From contig JBARPC010000016.1 of the NCBI GenBank assembly GCA_049642725.1, positions 14,838 through 78,837 on the forward strand: a stretch of DNA of 64,000 nt. The letters run 5' to 3'. A program made the position numbers and the translations under genes. The notes under the pieces are model-generated. The model saw nothing but the letters and a program-made list of their open reading frames with translations, had not been told where the DNA came from and made no database searches. The stretch is from Minisyncoccales bacterium (GTDB taxonomy: Bacteria; Patescibacteriota; Minisyncoccia; Minisyncoccales; JAGMDC01). Numbering within the stretch: position 1 is the stretch's first letter; every line of letters begins with the position of its first letter. This document shows positions 50,129-58,210 of the stretch, in pieces.

Positions 50129-51916
50129 TTACTCGCTTAGTTTTGCTTTTGCTTGTTTAATTTTCATTATTTCTTCAGGAGAAGTGGTAATAATCTGTTC
50201 TTCAGCATAAGATGCAACAATTCTTATTGCCACATGTTTTTGGCCGGCAAAGAATAATCCCTCCCCTACAGCTGACTCTAAAAGCATAAATTTTTCTTCT
50301 TCTGTTAAATTAAATGTTTTCTGCACTACATCAATAGTGGCCGGGCTTTGCTTCATTAAAAGCTGAAGGGAAGAGTTGGTAATAATTGGTTTGCCGTATT
50401 CAGATTTCATAAAGTCGGCTACATCCTGGGTAATAGTGGTTACTCCTAACCAGTATTTTCTGGCTCTTTTGCAGATGCCAAACAAGAATGAAGCGCCGTC
50501 TTCTGACTGCATGAGCCACCATGCCTCATCTACTACTAATATCCTTTTTTTTATTTGAGAACGGACAGCATTCCAGATATGCCTCATAATAATATACATT
50601 GCCATTGGTTTGAGCGCTTCTTCCATATCTCTAAGACCAAAAACAACAAGCTTATTGTCCATTGTGATATTTGACGGTTGATTAAAAAACTGGGAAAAAG
50701 TCCCTTTTGTAAACTTTCTTAATCGTTTTACCAATGAATCAGCTCCTTCCATTGTTTCTAAAACAGATTCCAAATCTTCCATCAAAGGAAGATTTTCATT
50801 CCATGTAGATGGGTCTCTTTCAGTTGTAATATCTTTTGCTGCGTATGTTTCAGTTAAAGCCCGGTCAATAATAGCATCTTCTTCTGCTGTTAAGCCGCCA
50901 AGCATAATTCTTAGTAATCCTACCAAGTTTATAATATTTGAACGGAGAATGTCTTCCGGCCTTTCATCTTCCCTGGGCATGGGCAGTTCAAAAGGGTTAA
51001 TGTGATTTGGAGAAGATAAAGAAACGTCAATATAGGAGCCGCCCACGCTTTCAGAAAGCGTCTTATACTCATTTTCCGGGTCAATAATTATACAATCAGT
51101 GCCAAGCATTAAGGAACGGAGAATTTCCAATTTCACGAAAAACGACTTTCCTGCTCCAGACTTGGCAAAAATAACTGAATTTGCATTTTCTAAACTGAAT
51201 CGGTCAAAAAGAATTAAAGAGTTATTGTGCTGGTTTACTCCATAAAGGATTCCTTCGTTTGAAGACAAGTCAAAAGAAATAAAAGGGAAAATACTGGATA
51301 AAGGGCTGGTGTTCATTGAGGCGTGGATGCCAAGCTGGTCTAATTCGTATGGAGAAGAAGAAATAAATCCTTGTTTTTGGCGGTAGAGGGCTGGTTTAAT
51401 ATAAATAAGACGGGACTCTAACACAGAACGTAGTTCGGTTTCAATGCTTCTTAATTCTTTTATATCTTCTCCATAAATAGTGACATAAAGCCCGAATTTA
51501 AACATTCTTTCCTGGGCTGTTTGGAGAAGGTCTCTTAATTCTTCAATATCTTTGTAAGCAGTTTCTATGGCTGGGTCCCGGATTAATCCTTTTTCTTCTC
51601 TTTCTATGATTTCTGCCTGAATTTCAGTTACTTTTTTCCTTAAGTTTTTTAAAACCATTCCAGTTGCAATAGGATGAACAAAAAAGGAAATATCCATTGG
51701 CGTGTCTAAATTAATAATCGGCGAGAGCCAGCCAGTGCTTAAATATCTTGGATAGGAAAAAACAAAAAATGACTTGGCTAACTTTTCGCCCAATTTGAGA
51801 TAATCAGAATTAATTTCAATAGATGAGGGGGAGATAATATCCCCTACTCTAAGAATTTCCGGCTTAGTAAATCCTTGAAATTCTTTTTTCTTTTTTTTGA
51901 AAAAATTTATTTTCAT
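50129..51916 (-). CDS. VirB4/TrbE-like type IV secretion ATPase
   Basis: Walker A AKSGAGKSFFVK, Walker B ILVVDEAWWLM, conserved GVTTITQ motif. Start moved to MKINFF (ATG 51916), 1 nt after the upstream stop. Confidence 0.8.
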   Translation of the reverse strand: MKINFFKKKKKEFQGFTKPEILRVGDIISPSSIEINSDYLKLGEKLAKSFFVFSYPRYLSTGWLSPIINLDTPMDISFFVHPIATGMVLKNLRKKVTEIQAEIIEREEKGLIRDPAIETAYKDIEELRDLLQTAQERMFKFGLYVTIYGEDIKELRSIETELRSVLESRLIYIKPALYRQKQGFISSSPYELDQLGIHASMNTSPLSSIFPFISFDLSSNEGILYGVNQHNNSLILFDRFSLENANSVIFAKSGAGKSFFVKLEILRSLMLGTDCIIIDPENEYKTLSESVGGSYIDVSLSSPNHINPFELPMPREDERPEDILRSNIINLVGLLRIMLGGLTAEEDAIIDRALTETYAAKDITTERDPSTWNENLPLMEDLESVLETMEGADSLVKRLRKFTKGTFSQFFNQPSNITMDNKLVVFGLRDMEEALKPMAMYIIMRHIWNAVRSQIKKRILVVDEAWWLMQSEDGASFLFGICKRARKYWLGVTTITQDVADFMKSEYGKPIITNSSLQLLMKQSPATIDVVQKTFNLTEEEKFMLLESAVGEGLFFAGQKHVAIRIVASYAEEQIITTSPEEIMKIKQAKAKLSE

Positions 51917-51917
51917 C

Positions 51918-52556
51918 TTATTTTTGCAGTTCTGGCGGTATTTCCGGATAATAACCGACCTCTGCCTGGTTTGGATGATGCAGTCCCCAAAAAAGCTCAA
52001 TGATTTCCGGGGTTGTAAGAGGAACAGCTTTTAAACCGCATCTTCTTAAGCCAAGAATTATAAATTCCATTCTTTGCTGGAGCTGGATTTTAGACCTTTG
52101 AAATTCTTCTTCAGTTAATTTGGGAATTTTCGGCGCTTTAAAAATTCCTTTCTTTTCATTTTGCTTTGTTTCCAACAAGCTAAAAGGCACAATTATAAAA
52201 AAGTTTTTATTCATTATTGTCCCTGCCTTTACCAAACTTTCTATAAATTCTCTGTAACCAGATGTTTGAATTTGTAACAGTTCGTCTGTTTGCTCTTTTT
52301 CCAGCTTTTTTAATTTATCAATATAGCCAGTGATATTGATGCGCCGTGATTGGACAAGAATTTGGCAGGAAAAATCCAGAGAATTTAAAAAGTTTTGGAA
52401 CTGGTAAATAATGGCTGATTGCTCATCGTCAGATTTTAAAGCAAAATTCAAAGAAGAAACCATAAGAATGCCTCTTAATAATTTATTTTTTAATATAACA
52501 GTTCCTTCCCTAATTTGCTCTATTTGCAGGAAATCCTGCGTAGATGATTTAGCCAT
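51918..52556 (-). CDS. 212-aa protein resembling a detached VirB4 N-terminal region
   Basis: DFLQIEQIREGTVILKN...LNFALKSDDEQSAIIYQFQNFLNSLDF resembles the N-terminal part of conjugative VirB4/TraC ATPases. Assigned from memory. Confidence 0.45.
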   Translation of the reverse strand: MAKSSTQDFLQIEQIREGTVILKNKLLRGILMVSSLNFALKSDDEQSAIIYQFQNFLNSLDFSCQILVQSRRINITGYIDKLKKLEKEQTDELLQIQTSGYREFIESLVKAGTIMNKNFFIIVPFSLLETKQNEKKGIFKAPKIPKLTEEEFQRSKIQLQQRMEFIILGLRRCGLKAVPLTTPEIIELFWGLHHPNQAEVGYYPEIPPELQK

Positions 52557-52561
52557 ACTTT

Positions 52562-52978
52562 TTACTTTGTTTTAGTTTCTAATTGGCTGGACAATTGCCC
52601 GAGCTTGCTTCCTGTAATAGTTAAATTAGAAGCTTTTTCTTTTTTACCCTCTGCGGTTTTAGTAGAAAAAGGTTCCTTTTCAAGAAATTTAGGCGGTAAT
52701 CCTTTTTTCTTCCAAATATATAATTTAGGAGACGAGGAAAACATAAAGAAATCTTTTATTATAGTAGGCAGGGAACGGCCTTCAATTTTTACAAAAGCTA
52801 ACACCAAAGCGCCTCCCATAAGAATAACAGCAGCAATTAAGCATTGGGCAAGAGGAATAGTGAAATATAAAACAAAAGAAATTCCGCCGGCAATGCCGAC
52901 ATAAATAAACTGCTTAAAAGTTAATGGTCCGACAATTTTTGCTTCATGCTCAATAAATTTTGGAACAGTAAATCGCAT
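52562..52978 (-). CDS. PrgI/VirB3-like small membrane protein
   Basis: MRFTVPKFIEHEAKIVGPLTFKQFIYVGIAGG followed by two TM helices matches the PrgI family pattern. Confidence 0.6.
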   Translation of the reverse strand: MRFTVPKFIEHEAKIVGPLTFKQFIYVGIAGGISFVLYFTIPLAQCLIAAVILMGGALVLAFVKIEGRSLPTIIKDFFMFSSSPKLYIWKKKGLPPKFLEKEPFSTKTAEGKKEKASNLTITGSKLGQLSSQLETKTK

Positions 52979-53086
52979 TTAATAAGTTAAAAGTTTAAAG
53001 TGAAAACTTTGACTTTTGACTTTTCGCTTGCTCTATTTTACCACAGTTTTATTTTATCACAAAAAGGAAAATAAGAGAAATAGGGA

Positions 53087-53115
53087 TTGACAACACTTTT
53101 TTAAAATGCTATTCT
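53087..53115 (+). promoter_or_regulatory. promoter TTGACA-17 nt-TGcTATTCT
   Basis: TTGACA 53087..53092, TATTCT 53110..53115 with an upstream TG. AAGGAGGT SD lies before ATG 53183. Confidence 0.5.
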
Positions 53116-53182
53116 AATATAGAGGTCATTTAAAAAATAAATAATGGCCGATAGAGAAAAGAAAAGGAGGTAAAAAGAAGAA

Positions 53183-53467
53183 ATGAGAGGAAAAAAAGTT
53201 TTGTTTGCCGTTTTGATTACAATGTCGCTGATGATATCTGGAATATCAGTAGCAGCATCTGAGGAATACGATTCATGGGATTCCTACAACAAAAATAGAG
53301 AAGCAATGTATGGGTCTTTTGAAGCATTAGGGGGACCGGATTACGGACAATTGTTTATTATTGTTGGAGTGGCAATAGCTTTGGTAATAGCTTTCCTGGC
53401 TCTGGCTCTGGCTCTGGCAAAAAATAAAGAGGCAGAAAGGTTGTATTTAAAGCAACCACACCAATAA
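53183..53467 (+). CDS. small secreted protein with C-terminal TM anchor
   Basis: Signal peptide VLFAVLITMSLMISGISVAAS, C-terminal LFIIVGVAIALVIAFLALALALA. Strong SD and terminator. Confidence 0.55.
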   Translation: MRGKKVLFAVLITMSLMISGISVAASEEYDSWDSYNKNREAMYGSFEALGGPDYGQLFIIVGVAIALVIAFLALALALAKNKEAERLYLKQPHQ

Positions 53468-53469
53468 AA

Positions 53470-53498
53470 AGAGGGTTCTATCACCCTCTGTTTTTTTT
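53470..53498 (+). terminator. rho-independent terminator
   Basis: AGAGGGT-TCTATC-ACCCTCT then G plus T8. Confidence 0.8.
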
Positions 53499-53555
53499 AT
53501 TATTTCCTGTTTTTATAAAAAATTGCGTTTCGTAATAAAATATATGGCCAAAAAT

Positions 53556-53597
53556 TTGACAAAATTGAAACAAGTGCTATAATTATAATAGCACTTG
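53556..53597 (+). promoter_or_regulatory. consensus promoter TTGACA-16 nt-TGcTATAAT overlapped by 10-bp perfect inverted repeat CAAGTGCTAT/ATAGCACTTG
   Basis: TTGACA 53556..53561, TATAAT 53578..53583, palindrome 53571..53597. GGAGGTG SD lies before ATG 53667. Confidence 0.6.
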
Positions 53598-53666
53598 AAC
53601 AATAAAATATGTGATGAAAGTGTTGAAGAGAAGTAAAAGATGTAAAAAACAGGAGGTGAAAAAAAA

Positions 53667-54797
53667 ATGGAAGAAGAAAAGGAAGAAGAGAAGAAAAAAG
53701 CTTTAACTCCGGAAGGTGTCCAGAAATTAATCAAAGCAGTAAAAATAGTGTCAGGAGTTTTAGCAATGACTGGAATAGTATTGCTTGTTTCCGGACTTTG
53801 GTTAGAAAATATCTCTTTACAGTTGAGCGGAGCAATTCTCTTGATAGCCATAGCAGGATATTTTTTGGCTGGAATTAGAATTATCAAAAGACCAAAGATG
53901 TGGGTGATGCAAGTACTCGGTCAGTTTTATGATGTATTTTACGAAGGACCTCATTTGTTTTTACCCTTTTTGGTTAGAAGAGAAGCGGAACGTACCCAGG
54001 CGATATTTAAGATAGAGTTATTTACAGACAAGCCAGTGGTTAATTTCAAAGGCGGGGGTTCAGCTGTTTTAGTTGAACCAATTGGCTGGTTTCAGATTGA
54101 TGACGCGGAAGTAACGGTCTATAACATAGAGGATTATATCGGCGCATCAAAAGAAGCTACAGAGGATGCTGTAAGAACAGTAATAAATAATACGCGGGTA
54201 GAAAATGTAGTGGGTTCATTAGCAAAAGAAAAAACAGAAACCGCAGAAACTTTTAAAGGGTTTAAAAAAGCTGTAAGTGAGGTTTTTAACAGCCAACTCA
54301 GAGACATAGTAGGGAGTATGTTGGAAGAAACATTAAAAGAGTACGGGCTTAAAATGGCTGGAAGGAAATTGACTATCACCGATTATAACTGGAGCGAGGA
54401 AGTGCTGGCAACAATGAGAGCTATTTACGAACAAAGACAGCAGAAAGTCATAAGTGAACATACAGCAGAAGCAAGAAGAATTGAAATTGGAGAGGCAATC
54501 GGGAAGATTAAGGAAACTTTACAAAAAGTTTTTGAGTTTCCAAAAGATAAAGCCGAAGAAGTAGCGCCAGAAATTTTTAAGCACATAACAGCAAGCGATA
54601 AAGGCCAGTTGAAACTGATTAAGTGGGAAAGCAAAGGAGGAGGCATTTCTTTACCGGAGATAACAGCTAAAGTAATGACAGCGATGGATATGTTTAGAGA
54701 AACAAAGAAAGGAGAAGAGGGAGAGAAAAAAGCGAAAAAACCAGAAGATATGACCGATAGAGAGATAATAGATGCAGTAAAAAAGGGAGAAATTTAA
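53667..54797 (+). CDS. membrane-anchored SPFH/band-7-like protein
   Basis: N-terminal TM segments, then VMQVLGQFYDVFYEGPHLFLPFLV resembling the SPFH core start. Charged coiled C-terminus. Confidence 0.55.
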   Translation: MEEEKEEEKKKALTPEGVQKLIKAVKIVSGVLAMTGIVLLVSGLWLENISLQLSGAILLIAIAGYFLAGIRIIKRPKMWVMQVLGQFYDVFYEGPHLFLPFLVRREAERTQAIFKIELFTDKPVVNFKGGGSAVLVEPIGWFQIDDAEVTVYNIEDYIGASKEATEDAVRTVINNTRVENVVGSLAKEKTETAETFKGFKKAVSEVFNSQLRDIVGSMLEETLKEYGLKMAGRKLTITDYNWSEEVLATMRAIYEQRQQKVISEHTAEARRIEIGEAIGKIKETLQKVFEFPKDKAEEVAPEIFKHITASDKGQLKLIKWESKGGGISLPEITAKVMTAMDMFRETKKGEEGEKKAKKPEDMTDREIIDAVKKGEI

Positions 54798-54804
54798 ATT
54801 AAAA

Positions 54805-54831
54805 AGGGGCAAGATAATCCCCTCTTTTTTT
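54805..54831. terminator. bidirectional rho-independent terminator
   Basis: AAAAAGGGG-CAAGATAAT-CCCCT then CTTTTTTT. Confidence 0.75.
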
Positions 54832-54839
54832 ATTCTTTT

Positions 54840-55280
54840 TTATTCTATTGGTTCTCGATAAGTATCTCTTCGTAAGGGTACAGATGATTCGCTTGTCAAT
54901 TCTTTAGTTTTTTTTAGATAAACAGTTTCTTTTTTTATCGAGGGCATCTGTGCTAAAATTAGAACTTTTTCTTTAAGGTCTTTTGCTAATTTTTTTGCTT
55001 TTTCTTGAGGAATTTCTAACCGTTTTTGAAGAACAGAAACAAATTCTTTAGATGAAATTTTGCTTTCTGCTATTTCTTTTACTGTTCTGGATATTTGACA
55101 GGTAGGTAGATTTTCAAAAATCTTTCCTCTTTCCGCAGGAATTTCAGTTTGGCTTATTTTTTCTTCCATTTCTTTCTCAATTTTTTCTAATTCGTATTTT
55201 TTTACTAATTCTCTGATAATATCAGTTGTTTTATCTGGAAAAATTATTTCTTGTTTTTTGTTTAATTTAGGATTTGTCAT
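54840..55280 (-). CDS. hypothetical charged protein in the T4SS-like cluster
   Basis: 146-aa ORF packed 20 nt downstream of the VirB6-like gene. No recognisable motif. Confidence 0.45.
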   Translation of the reverse strand: MTNPKLNKKQEIIFPDKTTDIIRELVKKYELEKIEKEMEEKISQTEIPAERGKIFENLPTCQISRTVKEIAESKISSKEFVSVLQKRLEIPQEKAKKLAKDLKEKVLILAQMPSIKKETVYLKKTKELTSESSVPLRRDTYREPIE

Positions 55281-55300
55281 AATTTTGTTTCATTATTAGC

Positions 55301-57271
55301 TTAATATTCATCTAATTTTGTTTGTTTTCCTTTTATTGGTTGTCTTTTTTCAGAAAATTTTATTCTAAATCCTGGACCCTTGAGTACTGCTTTTTTACGA
55401 GAGAGTTCTGCTGCTTCTTTTTCTTTTCCTTTCTCGTCTAACTCTATTATTTCTTCTTTTATATCTATTTGAGACACTGTTTCAAGAATAGCTTTTTTTG
55501 TTTTACTTTTTCCCTTTTTTCCTATTTCGATAAGTTGGCGATCATCTAATGCGTGGAATATATCTAATTTCGTCTTAATTACTATTTTTTCTTCTTTAGT
55601 GAGTTCTTGCCCTTCTTCTTGTTTCTTTAATATTTCGTCTGGAATTTTGAAAGTTTCTCCTTGAACCTTTCTTAATTCTTCAGGTTCCATTCCTTGTACT
55701 TTTTCAAAGATGACTTCTCTTTCTGCTTCTTCTCTATTTATTCCTGGTTTCTTTTTTATTATTTCATCAACTTTTTCAGGATTTAACTTAGCTGCAAGGT
55801 CAGGTCGTTTTTTTCCAGCGTCAATTATATCTTTTTGGGTTCCATATCTTTTAACAATATCTATATTTTTTTCATCTTTATCACCAAGATGGTCTTCTTT
55901 GGTAGCCAACCTAAATGCAACTAATTTTTCAGTAGGAGTCTTGACATATTTCTCTCTGTCTTTTACAGACATAGGTTCTAAAAGTTTTTGTGTTTTTTCT
56001 GCTTCTTTTTCTCTCTCTATCTGATGTTTTGCTATAGCCTCTGCTTTCATTCTCCCTGTTCCTACTGTTTCTGGTATTTTTTCTAATCTTCCTCGCCATT
56101 TTTCTGATTGCCCTTTTACAAGAGCTGTTTCTTTTATTTTTCCTCCTGTCCATTTTGCTGCTTTTGTGCCACCGGTTTTCGCAAAACCAATTACTTTGTC
56201 AGCTCCGATGGCGCCGGTGCGGACAGAGGCAAAAAATCCGATTATAAGAAAAACAAGAGGTATAACATACATTATTAAATCAGCAAAGCCGCTTGTTCCT
56301 GATGGAAGCCCTGCCATTTCTTTTGAAGGGCGTCTAATTAATCCTCCAGTGTCGGACATATTCTTTATCATAACGTTTGTTAGATAAATAAAGAAAGCGG
56401 CCGGTATTCCGATAATACACCACTGGATAAACTGGTTCCACCACTTTGACCAGACTTCTTTTGTTTGAGGCAAGATATAGCAAAAGAAAGCAATTGGCGA
56501 GAAAATTACCAAAATCCAAAGAGCGAGATATCTTACGGCAAATAAAAAAGCGAAAAGCAAAAAGATAATTCCTCCTATAATATTGAAAGCAGAAAGGGCT
56601 ATTCCTATTGCAAGCCGTTCAGATGGTTCTTTAATGTTTTTTATTTCAGCAACTTGTTCACCGGCTGTTTCAATAAAACCAGTGCTTGTTATTCCCCCTT
56701 TTAGAAAAGTGTTCATTACGACATTTGAACCGTCAATAACAAAACCGCAGATTACCGGAGTAAAGTTAATTAAAAGAGCGATTCCGATTAAAACAGGCAA
56801 AAGTTTTTTAACTTCATACTCTTTGAGCCGTAGAGCGCTTCCCAGGGCAATTACCACCAAGACCAAAATAAACAGCATATTAGTAAAATCCCTGACAGTG
56901 GTCCAGCCAAGATTAACAACAGGATTATTTGTAAAAGGAACACTTATAAAGTCAGGGCTGATTACCCATTGAAGAGTTGCATGAGAAAAGTAAAGAAAAA
57001 AAGAAGTAAGACCAGCAATAGCTCCAAAAAGTACATAGACAATACCATTGGCAAAAGATTTTGCCATAATACCAAGAGTATCAAAATCTCCGGTTACAGC
57101 TTTATAGCCCAACCATGTGGCCCAATGAGGTGGTATGAGAAATCCATGAGAAAAGAAAATAGGGACACCTAATCCTAAAACAACAGAAAATAAAAGAATC
57201 CATCCCACTGTTTTTTTAAGAATTATGAAATCAAAAAGAAATTTTTTGATTTTATGGACTATTGCCATCAT
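55301..57271 (-). CDS. polytopic membrane protein, VirB6/TrbL-like, with long Lys/Glu-rich C-terminal tail
   Basis: About 8 TM segments in the first ~370 aa. Size and position fit a T4SS channel component. Assigned by architecture only. Confidence 0.55.
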   Translation of the reverse strand: MMAIVHKIKKFLFDFIILKKTVGWILLFSVVLGLGVPIFFSHGFLIPPHWATWLGYKAVTGDFDTLGIMAKSFANGIVYVLFGAIAGLTSFFLYFSHATLQWVISPDFISVPFTNNPVVNLGWTTVRDFTNMLFILVLVVIALGSALRLKEYEVKKLLPVLIGIALLINFTPVICGFVIDGSNVVMNTFLKGGITSTGFIETAGEQVAEIKNIKEPSERLAIGIALSAFNIIGGIIFLLFAFLFAVRYLALWILVIFSPIAFFCYILPQTKEVWSKWWNQFIQWCIIGIPAAFFIYLTNVMIKNMSDTGGLIRRPSKEMAGLPSGTSGFADLIMYVIPLVFLIIGFFASVRTGAIGADKVIGFAKTGGTKAAKWTGGKIKETALVKGQSEKWRGRLEKIPETVGTGRMKAEAIAKHQIEREKEAEKTQKLLEPMSVKDREKYVKTPTEKLVAFRLATKEDHLGDKDEKNIDIVKRYGTQKDIIDAGKKRPDLAAKLNPEKVDEIIKKKPGINREEAEREVIFEKVQGMEPEELRKVQGETFKIPDEILKKQEEGQELTKEEKIVIKTKLDIFHALDDRQLIEIGKKGKSKTKKAILETVSQIDIKEEIIELDEKGKEKEAAELSRKKAVLKGPGFRIKFSEKRQPIKGKQTKLDEY

Positions 57272-57275
57272 TTTA

Positions 57276-58118
57276 TTATTTTAACATTTTAGCAAGATTA
57301 AGCCAATCAGTAATGCTTAGGGTTTCGGCTCGTTGGGAGGGTTTGATATTATTTTTGAGAAGATATTTTTGAACATTGTTCTTTTTTAATTGTAGCCCAT
57401 TTGCTAAATTATTCAAAATCTGTTTTCTGGGATGTGAAAATCCTGCTTTTACGATTTTGAAGAATCGTTTATAGAACTCTGCTGAATAATACGCAGAACT
57501 ACGCGGAATAATTTTTATAATTGCTGCGTCAACTTTTGGTTCAGGCCAAAATGAGCTTTTAGAGATATAGTCAATAATTATTGGCTTGGCATAGAATTGA
57601 ACCGAAACAGCTAAAAGATTCATTTTAGGCGGCTTGGCGTAAATTCTTTGCCCCACTTCTTTTTGAACGACTAAAACCATCTGTTGAAGTCCGACTTCAA
57701 CATTCTCAAGAAATTTTCTGATGACTGGAGCTGTAAGATAAAACGGCAAATTAGCAACAATTTTATAATCTTTTGGAAATTTATTAAACTTGAGTATATC
57801 TTTTTGGATAACCTTAATATTGCGAGGTTGAACCTCCTTTGGAGGTTTGACCTCAAGTGTTTCTCTAAGAATTTCACACATTTTAGGATCTTTTTCTATG
57901 GCAATTACCTTTTTTGCTTTCTTCGCTATTTCCTGGGTTAGGGTTCCAATGCCAGGACCGATTTCCAAAACAGTATCTAATGGTTTTAATTCAGCTGTTT
58001 TTATAATTTTTCTAATTACCTGCTTGTCAATTAGAAAATTCTGGCCAAATTTTTTTGATGGCCTAATATTATATTTTTTCAATATTTCTTTAACAGTTTT
58101 TCTTGATGCCAGATTCAT
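57276..58118 (-). CDS. rsmA: 16S rRNA (adenine1518/1519-N6)-dimethyltransferase RsmA/KsgA
   Basis: KKFGQNFLIDKQVIRKII...VLEIGPGIGTLTQEI...NLPFYLTAP. Confidence 0.9.
   Translation of the reverse strand: MNLASRKTVKEILKKYNIRPSKKFGQNFLIDKQVIRKIIKTAELKPLDTVLEIGPGIGTLTQEIAKKAKKVIAIEKDPKMCEILRETLEVKPPKEVQPRNIKVIQKDILKFNKFPKDYKIVANLPFYLTAPVIRKFLENVEVGLQQMVLVVQKEVGQRIYAKPPKMNLLAVSVQFYAKPIIIDYISKSSFWPEPKVDAAIIKIIPRSSAYYSAEFYKRFFKIVKAGFSHPRKQILNNLANGLQLKKNNVQKYLLKNNIKPSQRAETLSITDWLNLAKMLK
57682..57702. repeat. perfect palindrome TGTTGAAGTC-C-GACTTCAACA (family copy 3) inside rsmA
   Basis: Read directly. Encodes NVEVGLQQM. Confidence 0.9.
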
Positions 58119-58153
58119 TATGATAATCGCAGAACTACGCGAAAAACTTAGGT

Positions 58154-58197
58154 TGTGGATAATTAAGGGTTGACTTAATCTCTTGCTTTGATACTAT
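58154..58197 (+). promoter_or_regulatory. perfect DnaA box TGTGGATAA, 7 nt upstream of promoter TTGACT-16 nt-TGaTACTAT
   Basis: Box 58154..58162, -35 58170..58175, -10 58192..58197. ATG at 58211 gives a very short leader. Confidence 0.5.
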
Positions 58198-58210
58198 AAG
58201 AAAATAGTTT

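Noticed and set aside
53513-53887. 124-aa minus-strand ORF
   Set aside because: It overlaps the consensus promoter, SD and first 220 nt of the SPFH-like gene on the other strand. The sequence is low-complexity (F/S/I-rich), typical of antisense reading of AT-rich DNA.
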